Positions 27,373 to 39,550 of a DNA stretch of 64,000 bases are shown here, one piece after another. The notes beneath the pieces were generated by a model, which was not told the DNA's origin, did no database searches, and saw nothing but the letters and a program-made list of their open reading frames with translations. Positions within the stretch are counted from its first letter, which is position 1, and every line of letters starts with the position of its first letter. The translations under genes and the position numbers were made by a program. Origin of the DNA: Octopus vulgaris (taxonomy: Eukaryota); the NCBI GenBank assembly GCA_951406725.2, contig OX597836.1, forward strand, positions 13,950,001 through 14,014,000, written 5' to 3'.

Positions 27373-28716
27373 TACACAAACACATCTATATACATATTTA
27401 TATACACACATCAATATATATGCATACATATGTATATACATACATTTATATACACATATATACATGTCTATATACACATATGCATAGATATATGCACACA
27501 CACACGTGTGTGTGTGTGTGTGTATAATATATATAAATAGACACATACATATATACACGTGTATGTGTGTGTGTGTGTGTATATATTTGTATATGTGTAT
27601 ATCTATCTACCTACCTATATATAAATACATACACACACATGCATATATATTCATACACACACACATACATACACAATGATGGAGTGGCGGGAGGGTGGGG
27701 GGTCTAAATTTGAAAAACGGGGAGGTATGAACTCAGTGGAAAATAAGGTCTGGTTATTTAGGCAGAGTGGGGGGAAAGGGAAGGAACCAGTGGGTCGTGG
27801 GTAGATGGAGGGATGTGAAGGGGTTACCTGGTGAAACAAGGTGGGTTGTGATAAAGGATGATTCAGGGGTCCTGCATTAATTTACTACGCATGATTACAG
27901 ATTGCCAAATAAACACTAATTAATGTGGTATAACTGTTTGGTGATAGTTGTTTAGGTGGTAGTAGCACAGTGGTGGTATGGTAGTAGTAGTAGTTGTAGT
28001 AGTAGCAGCATAGTTGTGGCTGGTGGTGGCCACAGTATGGGTGGTGGTGGTGGTGGTTGTGGTTGATAGTCATAATAATATGATGGTAATAGTGGTTATT
28101 AGCGGTTAGAGTGGTGGTTAGTGGTATGATAGCACTAACAGCATGGTAGTGGTATGGGAGCGGTAGGATGGTTGTGGGGGTAGCAGTGTTTAGTGGAGGA
28201 AGGTAAAAAAAAAAAAAAAAATTGGGGACAAGGGAGGAGGAGGAGGAGGAGGAGGGCAAGAGAGGAGCAGTGTGAGACAAAAAAAAATGTGGAGCATGAG
28301 AGAGAAAACGAGAGAGATAGAGAAAGTAGGTGAGTGAGTGAGAGAGAGAGAGAGAGAGAAAGTAGGTGGGTGAGTGAGTGAGTGAGAGAGAGTGGGAGGA
28401 AGAGGAGGATTATAACAGAAAAAAAGAAAAGAAAAAGGAAAGGACATTTTCATTTATATTATTTTGGTGGTTGTGGATGTGTTTATCTTTTTTTTGCAGT
28501 TTTTTTCTGTCTTGTTTTTGTTTTTCATTTGTTGCTTTTCTTTGATTATATATATATATATACACACATATATATATATATATATTTTTTTATATTTCAT
28601 TGTTTTTCGTTTCCATTTTTCTTTTTCTTTTTTTTTTTTGCCAAACTTTCAATTTCAGTTTTATTTTTGTTGTTATTTATAGTTGTTGCTGTTGCTGTTG
28701 TTGTTGTTGTTGCCGT
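24720..28716 (-). other. Probable ~4 kb 3' UTR of the PI3K regulatory subunit gene
   Basis: No SINE/MITE copies recognised in this interval; minus-strand AATAAA at 24747-24752 followed by a GT-rich tract at ~24650-24690. Confidence 0.5.
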
Positions 28717-29002
28717 TCAGCCATCGTGATCCCATGGTGGACACTGATTGGACGAGAGATTCATGGAGGTCATGCGGGCGTAGAGGGCATCCCCGCCACT
28801 CCCGCTGACGTCTTCAGCCATTATCCCCGCCTTCAGCGGGAACTTCAACGTCACGTCCAGGTGCTCGTTGTGTTCGGACAGCGACGTCTTCTGGTAGTGT
28901 AACACCAACTCCAGTAGCGACGGATGAATAATGTATGGCTCGGCAAAGCCATAGTTGCCGTTTTTCCGCAGGATTTTACAATGGCCTATCACTTTTTCAT
29001 GT
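28717..29002 (-). CDS. PIK3R1: PI3K regulatory subunit exon 18: cSH2 end plus C-terminal tail (HEKVIGHCKIL...GYGFAEPY-like...LVLHYQKTSLSEHNEHLDVTLKFPL...DALYARMTSM...DHDG*)
   Basis: YGFAEPY, LVLHY and SLxxHNxxLxVTLxxP match the p85 cSH2; in-phase cag acceptor; TGA stop. Confidence 0.95.
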
Positions 29003-29131
29003 CTGTTTCGTCACCAGAGCAGCAAATTTCACAGGTAGGTACCGCAGTTGGATTGGTTGGAAAAATAAAAAAGAAAAAAAAAAAAAGAAATATATAATAA
29101 CAATAAAGAATAAACCAGAAAGTAATATTAA

Positions 29132-29352
29132 CCCTTTAGTGTTCGCATTATTCTGCCACAATTAATGCTTCTTCATCCACATTGTTTTGAACTAATCATA
29201 CATTATCTTGTAGCTATGAGATTTTGATGAGGTAATTGTTAATTTTTAAAACGATATTGTAGGGTTGGTGTGAGAGACCAGATCTCACCAGTTTGAACAT
29301 AAAACAGGCAGAATACTTTTGGCCGGATATGGCCGGTTTAAATGCTAAAGGG
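29132..29352. mobile_element. piggyBac-type MITE
   Basis: TTAA-ccctttag ... ctaaaggg-TTAA. Confidence 0.7.
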
Positions 29353-29451
29353 TTAATAAAAATGGTTTAAAATTTTGGCACAAGGGAAGCAATTTTGCAA
29401 AAGAGGATGAGCCAATTACATCGACCGCAGTTCTCAACTGCTATTCATTTT

Positions 29452-30180
29452 ATCATTAACCATCTTACAAACAATAATTCCGAGCACCTTTTCAAACTCC
29501 ACCTGTCTAACACCCGTGGACATATTTACAAAGTCAGAAAACAGCACAGCTCCCATGACTTTCGGAAACATTTTTTTCATGCTAAGAGTTGCTGAAGCAT
29601 GGAACAAACTGCCGGCATCAGTTGTTAGTTGTCGGAGCACTGCATCCTTCAAAACTTACATGCTTCCTGAGATTTGCTAACAACCAAAAGAATACCCTCC
29701 ATCAGGCATTTGCCATATCCTGAACGCCTTACTTCCCTGGGCATGGACACATTGAAACTCCGACGTCTGGCAGCTGACTTGGCAGACACCCATAAAATTA
29801 TCAACCATCGCACAAACAATAACTCTGAGCACCTCTTCAAACTCCACCTGTCTAAGACCTAACACCCGTGGACATATTTACAAAGTCAGAAAACAGCACA
29901 GCTCCCATGACTTTCGGAAACATTTTTTTCATGCTAAGAGTTGCTGAAGCAGGGAACAAACTGCCGGCATCAGTTGTTAGTTGTCGGAGCCCTGCATCCG
30001 TCAAAACTTCCATGCTTCCTGAGATTTGCCAACACTACACCTGATTTTCTCCCCTCCATACACATGCAAGCATGTATCTAACTCATACACTGTTCACTTT
30101 CCAGACATTTGTACATTACTGCATATGTTTATATGCACTTTTGACAAGATGTGGTGCACCGGAGCACTGTATACGAAAAA
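29452..30180 (+). mobile_element. CR1-type LINE 3' fragment, partly duplicated in tandem
   Basis: TKRIPSIRHLPYPERLTSLGMDTLKLRR...TRGHIYKV...RKHFF...AWNKLP; a ~225-bp block occurs twice. Confidence 0.8.
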
Positions 30181-31030
30181 TTTCATCATTATTATTACTA
30201 ACCCTGAAAGGATGAAAGACAAAGTCAACCTCAGCAGAATTTGAACTCAGAACGTAAAAGACAGACAAAATACTGCTAAGCATTCCACCTGGTGTGCAAG
30301 TGATTCCGCCAGCTTGCCACCTGATAATCCTTTCTATTATAGGCACAAGGCCAGAAATTTTGAGGGAGAAGACTTGTCGATTCCATCAACCCCAGAATTC
30401 AACTGGTACTGAATTTACCGACTCCAAAAGGATTAAAGGCGAAGTTGACCTTGGTGGAATTTGAACTCAGAACATAGTGACAGGTGAAATACTATTAAGC
30501 ATTTCATCCACAGTGCTAACGATTCCGTCAGCTTGCAGCCTTGATAATAATAAAAATAATAATCTTCTCTATTAGGCGCAGGAGTGGCTGTGTGGTAAGT
30601 AGCTTGTTTACCAACCACATGGTTCCGGGTTCAGTCCCACTGCGTGGCACCTTGGGCAAGTGTCTTCTACTAGAGCCTCGGGCCAACCAAAGCCTTGTGA
30701 GTGGATTTGGTAGACAGAAACTGAAAGAAGCCCGTCGTATACATGTATATGTGTGTATGTGTGTGTGTTTGTCCCCCCAACATCACTTGACAACCGATGC
30801 TGGTGTGTTTACGTTCTCCGTTACTTAGCGGTTCGGCAAAATAGACCGATAGAATAAGTACTAGGCTTACAGAGAATAAGTCCTGGTGTCAATTTCCTCA
30901 ACTAAAGGTGGTGCTCCAGCATGGCCGCAGTCAAATGACTGAAACAAGTAAAAGAGTAAAAAAAGAGTAAAGAGTTTTACAGGCACAAGAATAAAAGAAT
31001 TGCTCCCAGGGGGACAATATTCATACTCAC

Positions 31031-31192
31031 ACAATAGACAATGCATAAAATTGTCCGTTATTTTTAGGTCGAATCAAGAAAGTCCCGTCGGGTTTGCCCT
31101 CAAGCAGTTTTTCAGCCTCATCTCGTTGGCATGGTATAAGCCATAAGCTCTCCTGTCGATGAGTAAGGTCGTCAGAAACTGAACTGTTATCA
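31031..31192 (-). CDS. PIK3R1: PI3K regulatory subunit exon 17: cSH2 start (NDNSSVSDDLTHRQESLWLIPCQRDEAEKLLEGKPDGTFLIRPKNNGQFYALSIV)
   Basis: cag/gtgagt sites; RxxAExLLxGKPDGTFLIR. Confidence 0.95.
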
Positions 31193-31692
31193 CTGGAAAG
31201 AAAGAAAAGGAAAAATGCTACATCATCATCATCATCGTTTAACATCCGCTTTCCATGCTAGCATAGGTTGGACGATTTGACTGAGGTCTGGCGAACCAGA
31301 CTCCAATCTGATTTGGCAGAGTTTCTACAGCTGGATGCCCTTCCTAACGCCAACCACTCCAAGAGTGTAGTGGTTGCTTTTACGTGCCACCGGCACGAGG
31401 GCCAGTTTGGTGGTACTGGCAATGGCCACGTCCAAATGGTGCTTTTTATGTACCACATGCACAGGAGCCAGTCCAGCAGCACTGGCATCGACCTCGCTTG
31501 AATGTTTCACGTGCCACCAGCACAAGTGCCAGTAAGGTGATGCGGTAATGATCAGGTGACGCGAAATATGTAAGAAAAATATTATAATCATAGTTATAGG
31601 CACAGGAGTGACTGTGTGGTTAGTAGCTAGCCTACCAACCACATGGTCCTGGGTTCAGTCCCACTGCATGGCTCTCTCTAATAATGACTATC

Positions 31693-32294
31693 TACCTGTC
31701 TAGCAATCACTCAACAATCGATCGATTGTTCACACACCTTGTCCCTATGAACCCAAACTACATCCCTTGTTTATGCATAACGCTTGCCTTTCTCCCCAAT
31801 TCTTGCAGCCCAACACAGCTCTGTCATCTCTCTTGCACTTCCACTTACCAACTTTATCACTGCTATCTTTTTGATCTCAATATACCTGTGTTTTACCTGT
31901 CTAGCAATCACTCAATCGATCGATTATTCACACACCTTGTCCCTATGAACCCAAACTACATCCCTTGTTTATGCATAACGCTTGCCTTTCTCCCCAATTC
32001 TTGCAGCCCAACACAGCTCTGTCATCTCTCTTGCACTTCCACTTACCAACTTTATCACTGCTATCCTGTTGATCCCGATATACCTGTGTTTTACCTGTCT
32101 AGCAATCACTCAATCGATCGATTGTTCACACACCTTGTCCCTATGAACCCAAACTACATCCCTTGTTTATGCATAACGCTTGCCTTTCTCCCCAAATTCT
32201 TGCAGCCCAACACAGCCCTGTCATCTCTCTTGCACTTCCACTTACCAACTTTATCACTGCTATCCTTTTGATCTCAATATACCTGTGTTTTACC
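31693..32294. repeat. Tandem repeat, ~198-bp unit x 3
   Basis: Units start at 31693, 31894 and 32092; this explains the 195-aa repetitive ORF. Confidence 0.92.
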
Positions 32295-32692
32295 AGTCAC
32301 TGCATTTCCCTTTCCTTCTGCATTCTCAAGAATTCCCTGCTCACATACCCTGTCCAATCTTCTATCACCCCATTTACATTCACCTCCATATACCTTGAGG
32401 GTATGCCCAAACACATTGTTACCATCTCCCTCTCTTTCTCTCTCTGACAAGAGTAGCCATCTAACTCCTCCACAGCAAGACACCTGTTTCTGTCCCTGTT
32501 GTGGCAGGGACGCTTATTAAACATAAACCAGGCGCAGGAGTGCCTGTGTGGTAAGTAGCTTGTTTACCAACCACATGGTTCCGGGTTCAGTCCCACTGCG
32601 TGGCACCTTGGGCAAGTGTCTTCACCTATAGCCTCGGACCGACCAAAGCCTTCTGAGTGGATTTGGTAGATGGAAACTGAAAGAAGCCTGTC

Positions 32693-32735
<43 letters not shown>

Positions 32736-33010
32736 TGTGTGTGTTTGTGTGTCTGTATTTGTCCCCTTAGCATTGCTTGACAACCGATGCTGGTGTGTTT
32801 ATGTCTCCGTTACTTAGCGGTTCGGCAAAAGAGACCGATAAAATAAGTACTGGGCTTACAAAAATAATAAGTCCCGGGGTCGAGTTGCTCGATTAAAGGC
32901 GGTGCTCCAGCATGGCCGCAGTCAAATGACTGAAACAAGTAAAAGATTAAAAAGAGTAATATATAAATGTTTATTGATAACGTCCACTGTATTGGTGCTG
33001 GAGTTATTAA

Positions 33011-33703
33011 CCTCTTGACATATTACCCTGTATATTTTCGTTCAGAGATGTCTAGTAAATATATATTTCAATGAAAATATATGTCCACAGCATTCTGAGG
33101 ATATCCATCACTTATTTCTATCCTGAAATACTTCGTTCATAATGTTATTCCCATTTCCATCATTTCTACCAGTAACTTCGTAATCTCCCTATATATAAAG
33201 CTGAAGTTGTCTGTGTGTGGCAGGTTTGGTAGCCTTCAACTAACACTATCTCCTTCGAGACCCTGCGGCACAAGTTGACCAAAATTGAGAGTATGATAGA
33301 AGAAGGCTTGCTCTTCCTTCCGTAGAAGATAAAATTCAAATCGGACCATGTTAACACCAAAAATTATTTACATCAAAAAGGTGCTTTTTTTTTCTATGAA
33401 AATCCCTATTTTTTACGATATTTTTACTGCTGTGTCGCCATTTTTCGGTGTATTTCAACCAGAAAAATGTTCACTTAAAGAGAATAACAAGCTACATAAT
33501 GCAAAATATTTACTTTTCAAAAATTCTAATTCTAAAGGGTCGAAACAAACCCGAGCAACGCCAGGCGATACTGCTAGTAAATCATAAACTGAATGAAAAT
33601 AATTTGTGTATTTGTTCTTCCTTATATACAGATTCAAAATGAACAATAAAAAATTATATTTTTTGCAAGGAAATTGAAAAATAAAAACTTGTATGTTAAG
33701 AGG
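33011..33703. mobile_element. piggyBac-type MITE (host of the Helitron)
   Basis: TTAA-cctcttgacat ... atgttaagagg-TTAA. Confidence 0.65.
33184..33577 (+). mobile_element. Non-autonomous Helitron nested in a TTAA-flanked MITE
   Basis: a|TCtccctatatataaag ... cccgagcaacgccaggcgatactgCTAG|t. Confidence 0.85.
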
Positions 33704-33815
33704 TTAATATCAATATTTGAGATATGTAAATTTGTGTGTGTGTGTTCATAAGACAAAGCAAAGAGTCCATTATATAAAAGATGGGAAGAAAGAAAATAAA
33801 ATGTGGTTGACTTAC

Positions 33816-33881
33816 TTTTCTTTACGTCCTTCTAATTGGTTATCTAAGAAGTCTTGGCTCATACCATTCTGAAGTAATAAT
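33816..33881 (-). CDS. PIK3R1: PI3K regulatory subunit exon 16: iSH2 end (LLLQNGMSQDFLDNQLEGRKE)
   Basis: cag/gtaagt sites; 66 nt, phase 2-2; aligns with p85 WLTQKGVRQKKLNEWL. Confidence 0.85.
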
Positions 33882-34181
33882 CTGTAATGATAAAGGTAGA
33901 AATGAGTGAGACGGTGAGAGGAAGAGGAAGTGGTAAAGTAAGATAGGGAAAGAGCAAAAGAAAAGAGAAAGCCAGAAAGAGAGTGGAAGAAGAGAGTGAG
34001 AGAAGGAGAGAGAGAGGGCTACAAAGAGAAAAAAGAAATAGAAAGAGTGGGACAGTGGAAAAGATGAGAGAAGATATGAGTGAGAGAGAGAATGAAAGAA
34101 TGTGGAGAGTAAAAAAGAAGAGATAATGTGCTTTACACAACCATTTATGTGAATTATAATTATTTACTTGTGAATTGTCCC

Positions 34182-34215
<34 letters not shown>

Positions 34216-34464
34216 TACATACATACATATACACAGTAATCACTTGCCATATCGTGGTTTATCATTTAAGCTCACGTTGATTCGTCTGTGGTGTTGTTTT
34301 GTATTTATATTAAAATTAATATATGCAAATTATAAAAATAAAAAAATATACACTACAGTAGTTTCTACTTTGTGGATTTTCACGTACCATAGGGGAGTAG
34401 GGGCGGGGTGGAACATACCCACGATGGTCAAGGGATTACTGTATGTATATGCGTGTGTGCGTGC

Positions 34465-34496
<32 letters not shown>

Positions 34497-34705
34497 ATAG
34501 GGGGAGAATTCACAAAATAACAAAAGACAAAGACAGGTGGTGTAGACAACAAACAGATGTACGCTCAGGAAGTGAAAAAGTGTTTAATGTTTCGAGCCTA
34601 CGCTCTTCCACAGAAAGGAACACAAAATTAAACAGGGAGAGAAAACAAAGAATGTGTAGTGGCTAGCAATAAAACAACAACAGTAGCAGTAGCAGCAGCA
34701 CTTAC

Positions 34706-34882
34706 TTTTTACTCATCTCCCTAGTCCTACACAGCCGTTTTAGTTCTGGTTTTAAACTGTTCATCTCACTGATGTAGGACCTGTTGCGCTGCGTCTGTTG
34801 CTGGATGTCGATGGTCAGCTGCAACCGGTTTTCCGTTATACTGCTGAGTCGGCGTTTCAGTAACTCAAAGTTCTCATGCAAC
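34706..34882 (-). CDS. PIK3R1: PI3K regulatory subunit exon 15: iSH2 (LHENFELLKRRLSSITENRLQLTIDIQQQTQRNRSYISEMNSLKPELKRLCRTREMSK)
   Basis: tag/gtaagt sites; MNSLKPxL motif; phase 2-2. Confidence 0.94.
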
Positions 34883-35995
34883 CTAAAAGAAGAAAAAGTA
34901 AAGGTGTGAGATTAGAAAAAAAAATGCTGGGATGGAGGATCATCATCATTTTTAATGTCTACTACTGCAGCCATGCTGGGGCACCACGCTGAATGGCTTT
35001 TGGTTGAACAAATTGATCCCATTACTTATTTCTGAAGTGTGACACATTCTATCAGTCTCCTTTGCCGAACTGTTAAGTTGCAGGGATGTAAACAAACCAA
35101 TACCAGTTGTCAAGCAATGGTGGGGAGCAAACACAGACATGCACACATGCATGTGTGTGCATATCATCATCATCATCATCATCATCGTTTAACGTCCGCT
35201 TTCCATGCTAGCAAATCCACTCAAAAGGCTTTGATTGGCTCAAGGACATAGTAAAAGATACTTGCCCAAGATGCTATGCAGTGGGACTGAACCCAGAACC
35301 ATGTGGTTGGGAAGCAAGCATCCTACCACAAAGCCACACCTGCGCCTACTCACACAGCTACACTGGCATTTAACAAAGAGTAGAAAAGCTGAGCTGCACA
35401 GTCCGTGGTACCGAGTGACAGCGATGTACACATGACTGGGATATAAGATATGCAAACAGCTCAACACGGTGCCAACTTTAAACCAAGAACCAACCCTTCA
35501 TGTAACGACCCGAAGCCCAGTTAACTCTGCGACAAGGAGAGAAAAGGCGGCGAGCTGGCAGAAACGGTAGCACGCCGGGCGAAATGCTTAGCAGTCATCA
35601 AAGTGACACTGGGGTATAAATATATGAACACAATTTTGGTATAAAAGATGGGCTACTTCCAAATCCACTGACAAGGCTTTGGTCAGCCCAAGGTTATAGT
35701 AGAAGACACTTGGCCAAGGTGTCATGCGAGTGGGACTGAACCCAGAACCATGTGGTTGGGAAGCAAGCTTCTTACTACACAGCCACGCCCACACCTATTC
35801 TGAGTTCAAATTCCGCCGAGGTCGACTTTGCCTTTCATCCTTTCGGAGTCGATTAAATAAGTACCAGTTACGCACTGGGGTCGATATAATCGACTTAATC
35901 CGTTTGTTTGTCCCCTCTGTGTTTAGCCCCTTGTGGGTAATAAAGAAATAAGGAGAGAAAATGGGTAGAGAATGGGTGAGAAGAGAAGGGCTTAC

Positions 35996-36114
35996 TTTTG
36001 TGCTTCATGTGCTTGGGCATCTTTGTGATGCCGCTCGTGCAGTTTTATCTGTTCTTCAAACACTGATAATGTTTCTCGGAATGCATCAAGTGCCTGACTT
36101 TTGAGCTGTAACTC
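35996..36114 (-). CDS. PIK3R1: PI3K regulatory subunit exon 14, copy b (identical duplicate)
   Basis: Same 119-nt sequence and intact splice sites, 909 bp from copy a. Only one copy can be used in frame. Confidence 0.7.
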
Positions 36115-36904
36115 CTGCAAAAGACACACAAGGAATTTCATTATCAACATAGTAAAAGATACTTGCCCAAGATGCTATGCAGTGGGACTGAACCCAGAAC
36201 CATGTGGTTGGGAAGCAAGCATCCTACCACAAAGCCACACCTGTGCCTACTCACACAGCTACACTGGCATTTAACAAAGAGTAGAAAAGCTGAGCTGCAC
36301 AGTCCGTGGTACCGAGTGACAGCAAAGTACACATGACTGGGATATAAGATATGCAAACAGCTCAACACGAGCCAACTTTAAACCAAGAACCAACCCTCCA
36401 TGTAACGACCCGAAGCCCAGTTAACTCTGCGACAAGGAGAGAAAAGGCAGCGAGCTGGCAGAATCGTTAGCACGCCGGGCGAAATGCTTAGCAGTCATCA
36501 AAGTGACACTGGGGTATAAATATATGAACACAATTTTGGTATAAAAGATGGGCTACTTCCAAATCCACTGACAAGGCTTTGGTCAGCCCAAGGTTATAGT
36601 AGAAGACACTTGGCCAAGGTGTCATGCAGTGGGACTGAACCCAGAACCATGTGGTTGGGAAGCAAGCTTCTTACTACACAGCCACGCCCACACCTATTCT
36701 GAGTTCAAATTCCGCCGAGGTCGACTTTGCCTTTCATCCTTTCGGAGTCGATTAAATAAGTACCAGTTATGCACTGGGGTCGATGTAATCGACTTAATCC
36801 GTTTGTCTGTCCTTGTTTGTCCCCTCTAAGTTTAGCTCCTTGTGGGTAATAAAGAAATAAGGAGAGAAAATGGGTAGAGAATGGGTGAGAAGAGAAGGGC
36901 TTAC

Positions 36905-37023
36905 TTTTGTGCTTCATGTGCTTGGGCATCTTTGTGATGCCGCTCGTGCAGTTTTATCTGTTCTTCAAACACTGATAATGTTTCTCGGAATGCATCAAGT
37001 GCCTGACTTTTGAGCTGTAACTC
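36905..37023 (-). CDS. PIK3R1: PI3K regulatory subunit exon 14, copy a: iSH2 (ELQLKSQALDAFRETLSVFEEQIKLHERHHKDAQAHEAQK)
   Basis: cag/gtaagc sites; matches p85 EIQMKxxAIEAFNETIKIFEEQ; 119 nt, phase 0-2. Confidence 0.9.
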
Positions 37024-38045
37024 CTGCAAAAGACACACAAGGAATTTCATCATCAACACTGTTCGTTCGAGTATGGGTAGGATGAATACGTTATGGCATT
37101 ATTTGGGGATTTAAAAAAAATTTTTGCCTTTTTTTTTTTATAGCCAAACCGGAAACCCTACCAAATGCTAACTCTTACCTGTTTTCCAAGCAAGAAATCC
37201 TTTATTGGATTTGTTGCAAGTAGCCATTTTAAAATAAGGCGCCAATATGTGGTAGCTGGCAATATGACGTAATGTCGTATTGCCGAAAAAATATTATTGT
37301 CGTTTTTCCATTGTTTAATATCATCATCATCATCGTTTAGCGTCCGTTTTCCATGCTAGCATGGGTTGGACAGGTCAACTGGGGTCTGTGAAGCTGGAAG
37401 GCTTCGTCAGGCCCAGTCAGATCTGGCAGTGTTTCTACGGCTGGATGCCCTTCCTAACGCCAACCACTCCGCGAGTGTAGTGGGTGTTTTTTACGTGCCA
37501 CCTGCACAGGTGCCAGACAGAGCTGGCGAACGGCCACGAACGGATGGTGCTTTTACGTGTCACCGGCACGGGGCCAGGCGATGCTGGCAACGGACACGAA
37601 CGGATGGTGCTTTCACGTGCCACCGACACGGGGCCAGACAGAGATTCTAAAAGTTTCGTAAAGAATATTTGTATGTGATTTCAATTCTTTAAAGTCAAGT
37701 TGAGCAGTTATAAAAACCCTGGATTTTGGGAAAAACTTTAGTGTTTGTTGGATGTAACTAAACTCCACGACACTCACTCCTTTGAGACATTGGTGATTTT
37801 CTGATTTTTTCGGTTTGGCTGTCAATTCTCTAAAATTCAAAATTTATTAAAAAATTTTTTTAATTTGATACATTAATGTAGTTTTCCAAGCTCAATCTTA
37901 ACAGGTATTTCACTTTCTTCAGAAAAAAAAAAAAAAAAAAAAAAATGGATGAGGTTAAGGTTTGATAATTTTCACCCAGCCAAAAGACAGGATTTGGAAG
38001 CCGGAGATTGGGAAGGTTATGTTGAGTTTCGATCAAAGTTCTTAC

Positions 38046-38171
38046 CTGTGACGTTTTGGAATGGTTTTCATAGAGACGATCGAAGGAGTTGGCCTTCTCT
38101 TGGTATTCCTTGTTGATCTTTAGTAATTTCTCCAACTCATCTTTCTGGGCGTCGGCACCAATTGTTATATA
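38046..38171 (-). CDS. PIK3R1: PI3K regulatory subunit exon 13: iSH2 start (YITIGADAQKDELEKLLKINKEYQEKANSFDRLYENHSKTSQ)
   Basis: cag/gtaaga sites; QEK...DRLYE...TSQ; 126 nt, phase 0-0. Confidence 0.92.
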
Positions 38172-39206
38172 CTGGATTTGGTAAATAGCAGCGATGGCAC
38201 CAACGGGAATGGACAAAGGAGCAGGGGAGGGAAGAGAAAAAAAGAAAAAAAGCCAAACGTTAGAACTTTCTTTTTATTAAGGAGGTTTATGTCACTTTAT
38301 TGGTTCTTTCTTTCACTTGTTTCAATCACTGAACTGAGGCCATGCTGGAGCACTGCCTTGAATAGTCAGATAAATCAACCCCTGCAGTACTTTTATGTTC
38401 ATACATTTTAAGCCTGGTACTTATTTGCACCCGAGTTGATGTAATCGACCAGCCTCCACCCCACAAACTTCAGGCCTTGTACCCATAGTAGAAAGGATTA
38501 TCATCATCATCATTATTATCATCAAGTTAAATACCAGTGAAGTACTGGGGTCAATGTTATCGACTAGTCCCCTCCCCTAAAATTTCAGGCCTTGTGCCTT
38601 TAGTAGAAAGGATCATCATTATTATTATTATTATTGAGTGAGAGAGCAGTGCATGCCATCAAAGTGACACTGGGGTAAAATATACAAAGCCCAGTATACC
38701 CATCATGACTACCTGTATGATAAGGGTACATCAGGCACATGCATCACAACCATATGTGCACGACGTGGTGATCTCATATCAAGATAAACAGCGCATGACC
38801 TTGCAGGTGGGGCCCAGTTACAATTTTCTTCTGGTCAAGTAGCCCATCCTGCTCAAAAGGTCCCTGAATTAGGATTGTTTAAGGATGTTGAACGAACCAC
38901 CCATGTTTCCGAAGGTGAATTATCCAAACCTCTAAGAATTTCTTTCAACACATGGCTATGATGCTCCCCAACTATTTCTGCTCGTGATCAGAAATGCACA
39001 TATCGTCAGCCACTAAGGGACATACTCAACTGGTTAAGGTCAATCAACTGACAAGCAAATCTGTGGTATTGAGCAGAATATTTGCTGTAGCCCATCTTTT
39101 ATACCAAGACAAAACAATGTACATGATAACACTTCCAATCAGTTAAAATCAGAAGCCATGAGAGCCACTGTCTTGTACTGCATCAGGGCATTTATTAATA
39201 TTATTA

Positions 39207-39273
39207 TTATTATACCTAATTTTATGTATTGTTAATATTCCATAGAAGAGGTAAATGATAAGCTGAAGGATAC
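39207..39273 (+). repeat. Inverted copy of the exon 11 acceptor region and first ~29 coding nt
   Basis: ttatacctaattttatgt(att)gttaatattccaTagaagaggtaaatgataagctgaaggaTac is the reverse complement of ~40863-40925, with a 3-nt insertion and two substitutions. Confidence 0.9.
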
Positions 39274-39550
39274 ATTGAAAGAGGTATTTATATTTATAGA
39301 GGTACTTATAAATACTGACACAAATTTTTCCTTTCCTGAAGTGTGTATACATGTTTTGGTGGACTCTGTAATTTATATAGTACGTTGGATAAAACCCTCA
39401 AACACAACAAAAACAAACAGAAGACTAAACAAAAATTTAAAAAAAAAGAGTGGAATAAAAAGTGAAGAGGAAGTGTGACAGATTCACCAAAACTCTCACA
39501 CTTTACGAGATGGAGAGAGAAAGAAGTGTTTGCATTTTTTTAATACGTAC

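Larger units (their letters stand above)
35246..37058. repeat. Direct tandem duplication, 2 x ~905 bp, each containing exon 14
   Basis: Units 35246-36146 and 36147-37058 are near-identical, with scattered intronic substitutions and indels; ACA microhomology at the junction. Confidence 0.95.

Noticed and set aside
28590-28719. Read-through or Sec decoding of the p85 TGA stop
   Set aside because: TGA-A context, low-complexity downstream frame and no SECIS recognised on that strand.
31684-32271. 195-aa Cys/His-rich ORF
   Set aside because: Product of a 198-bp tandem repeat, antisense in a p85 intron, with no splice or domain support.
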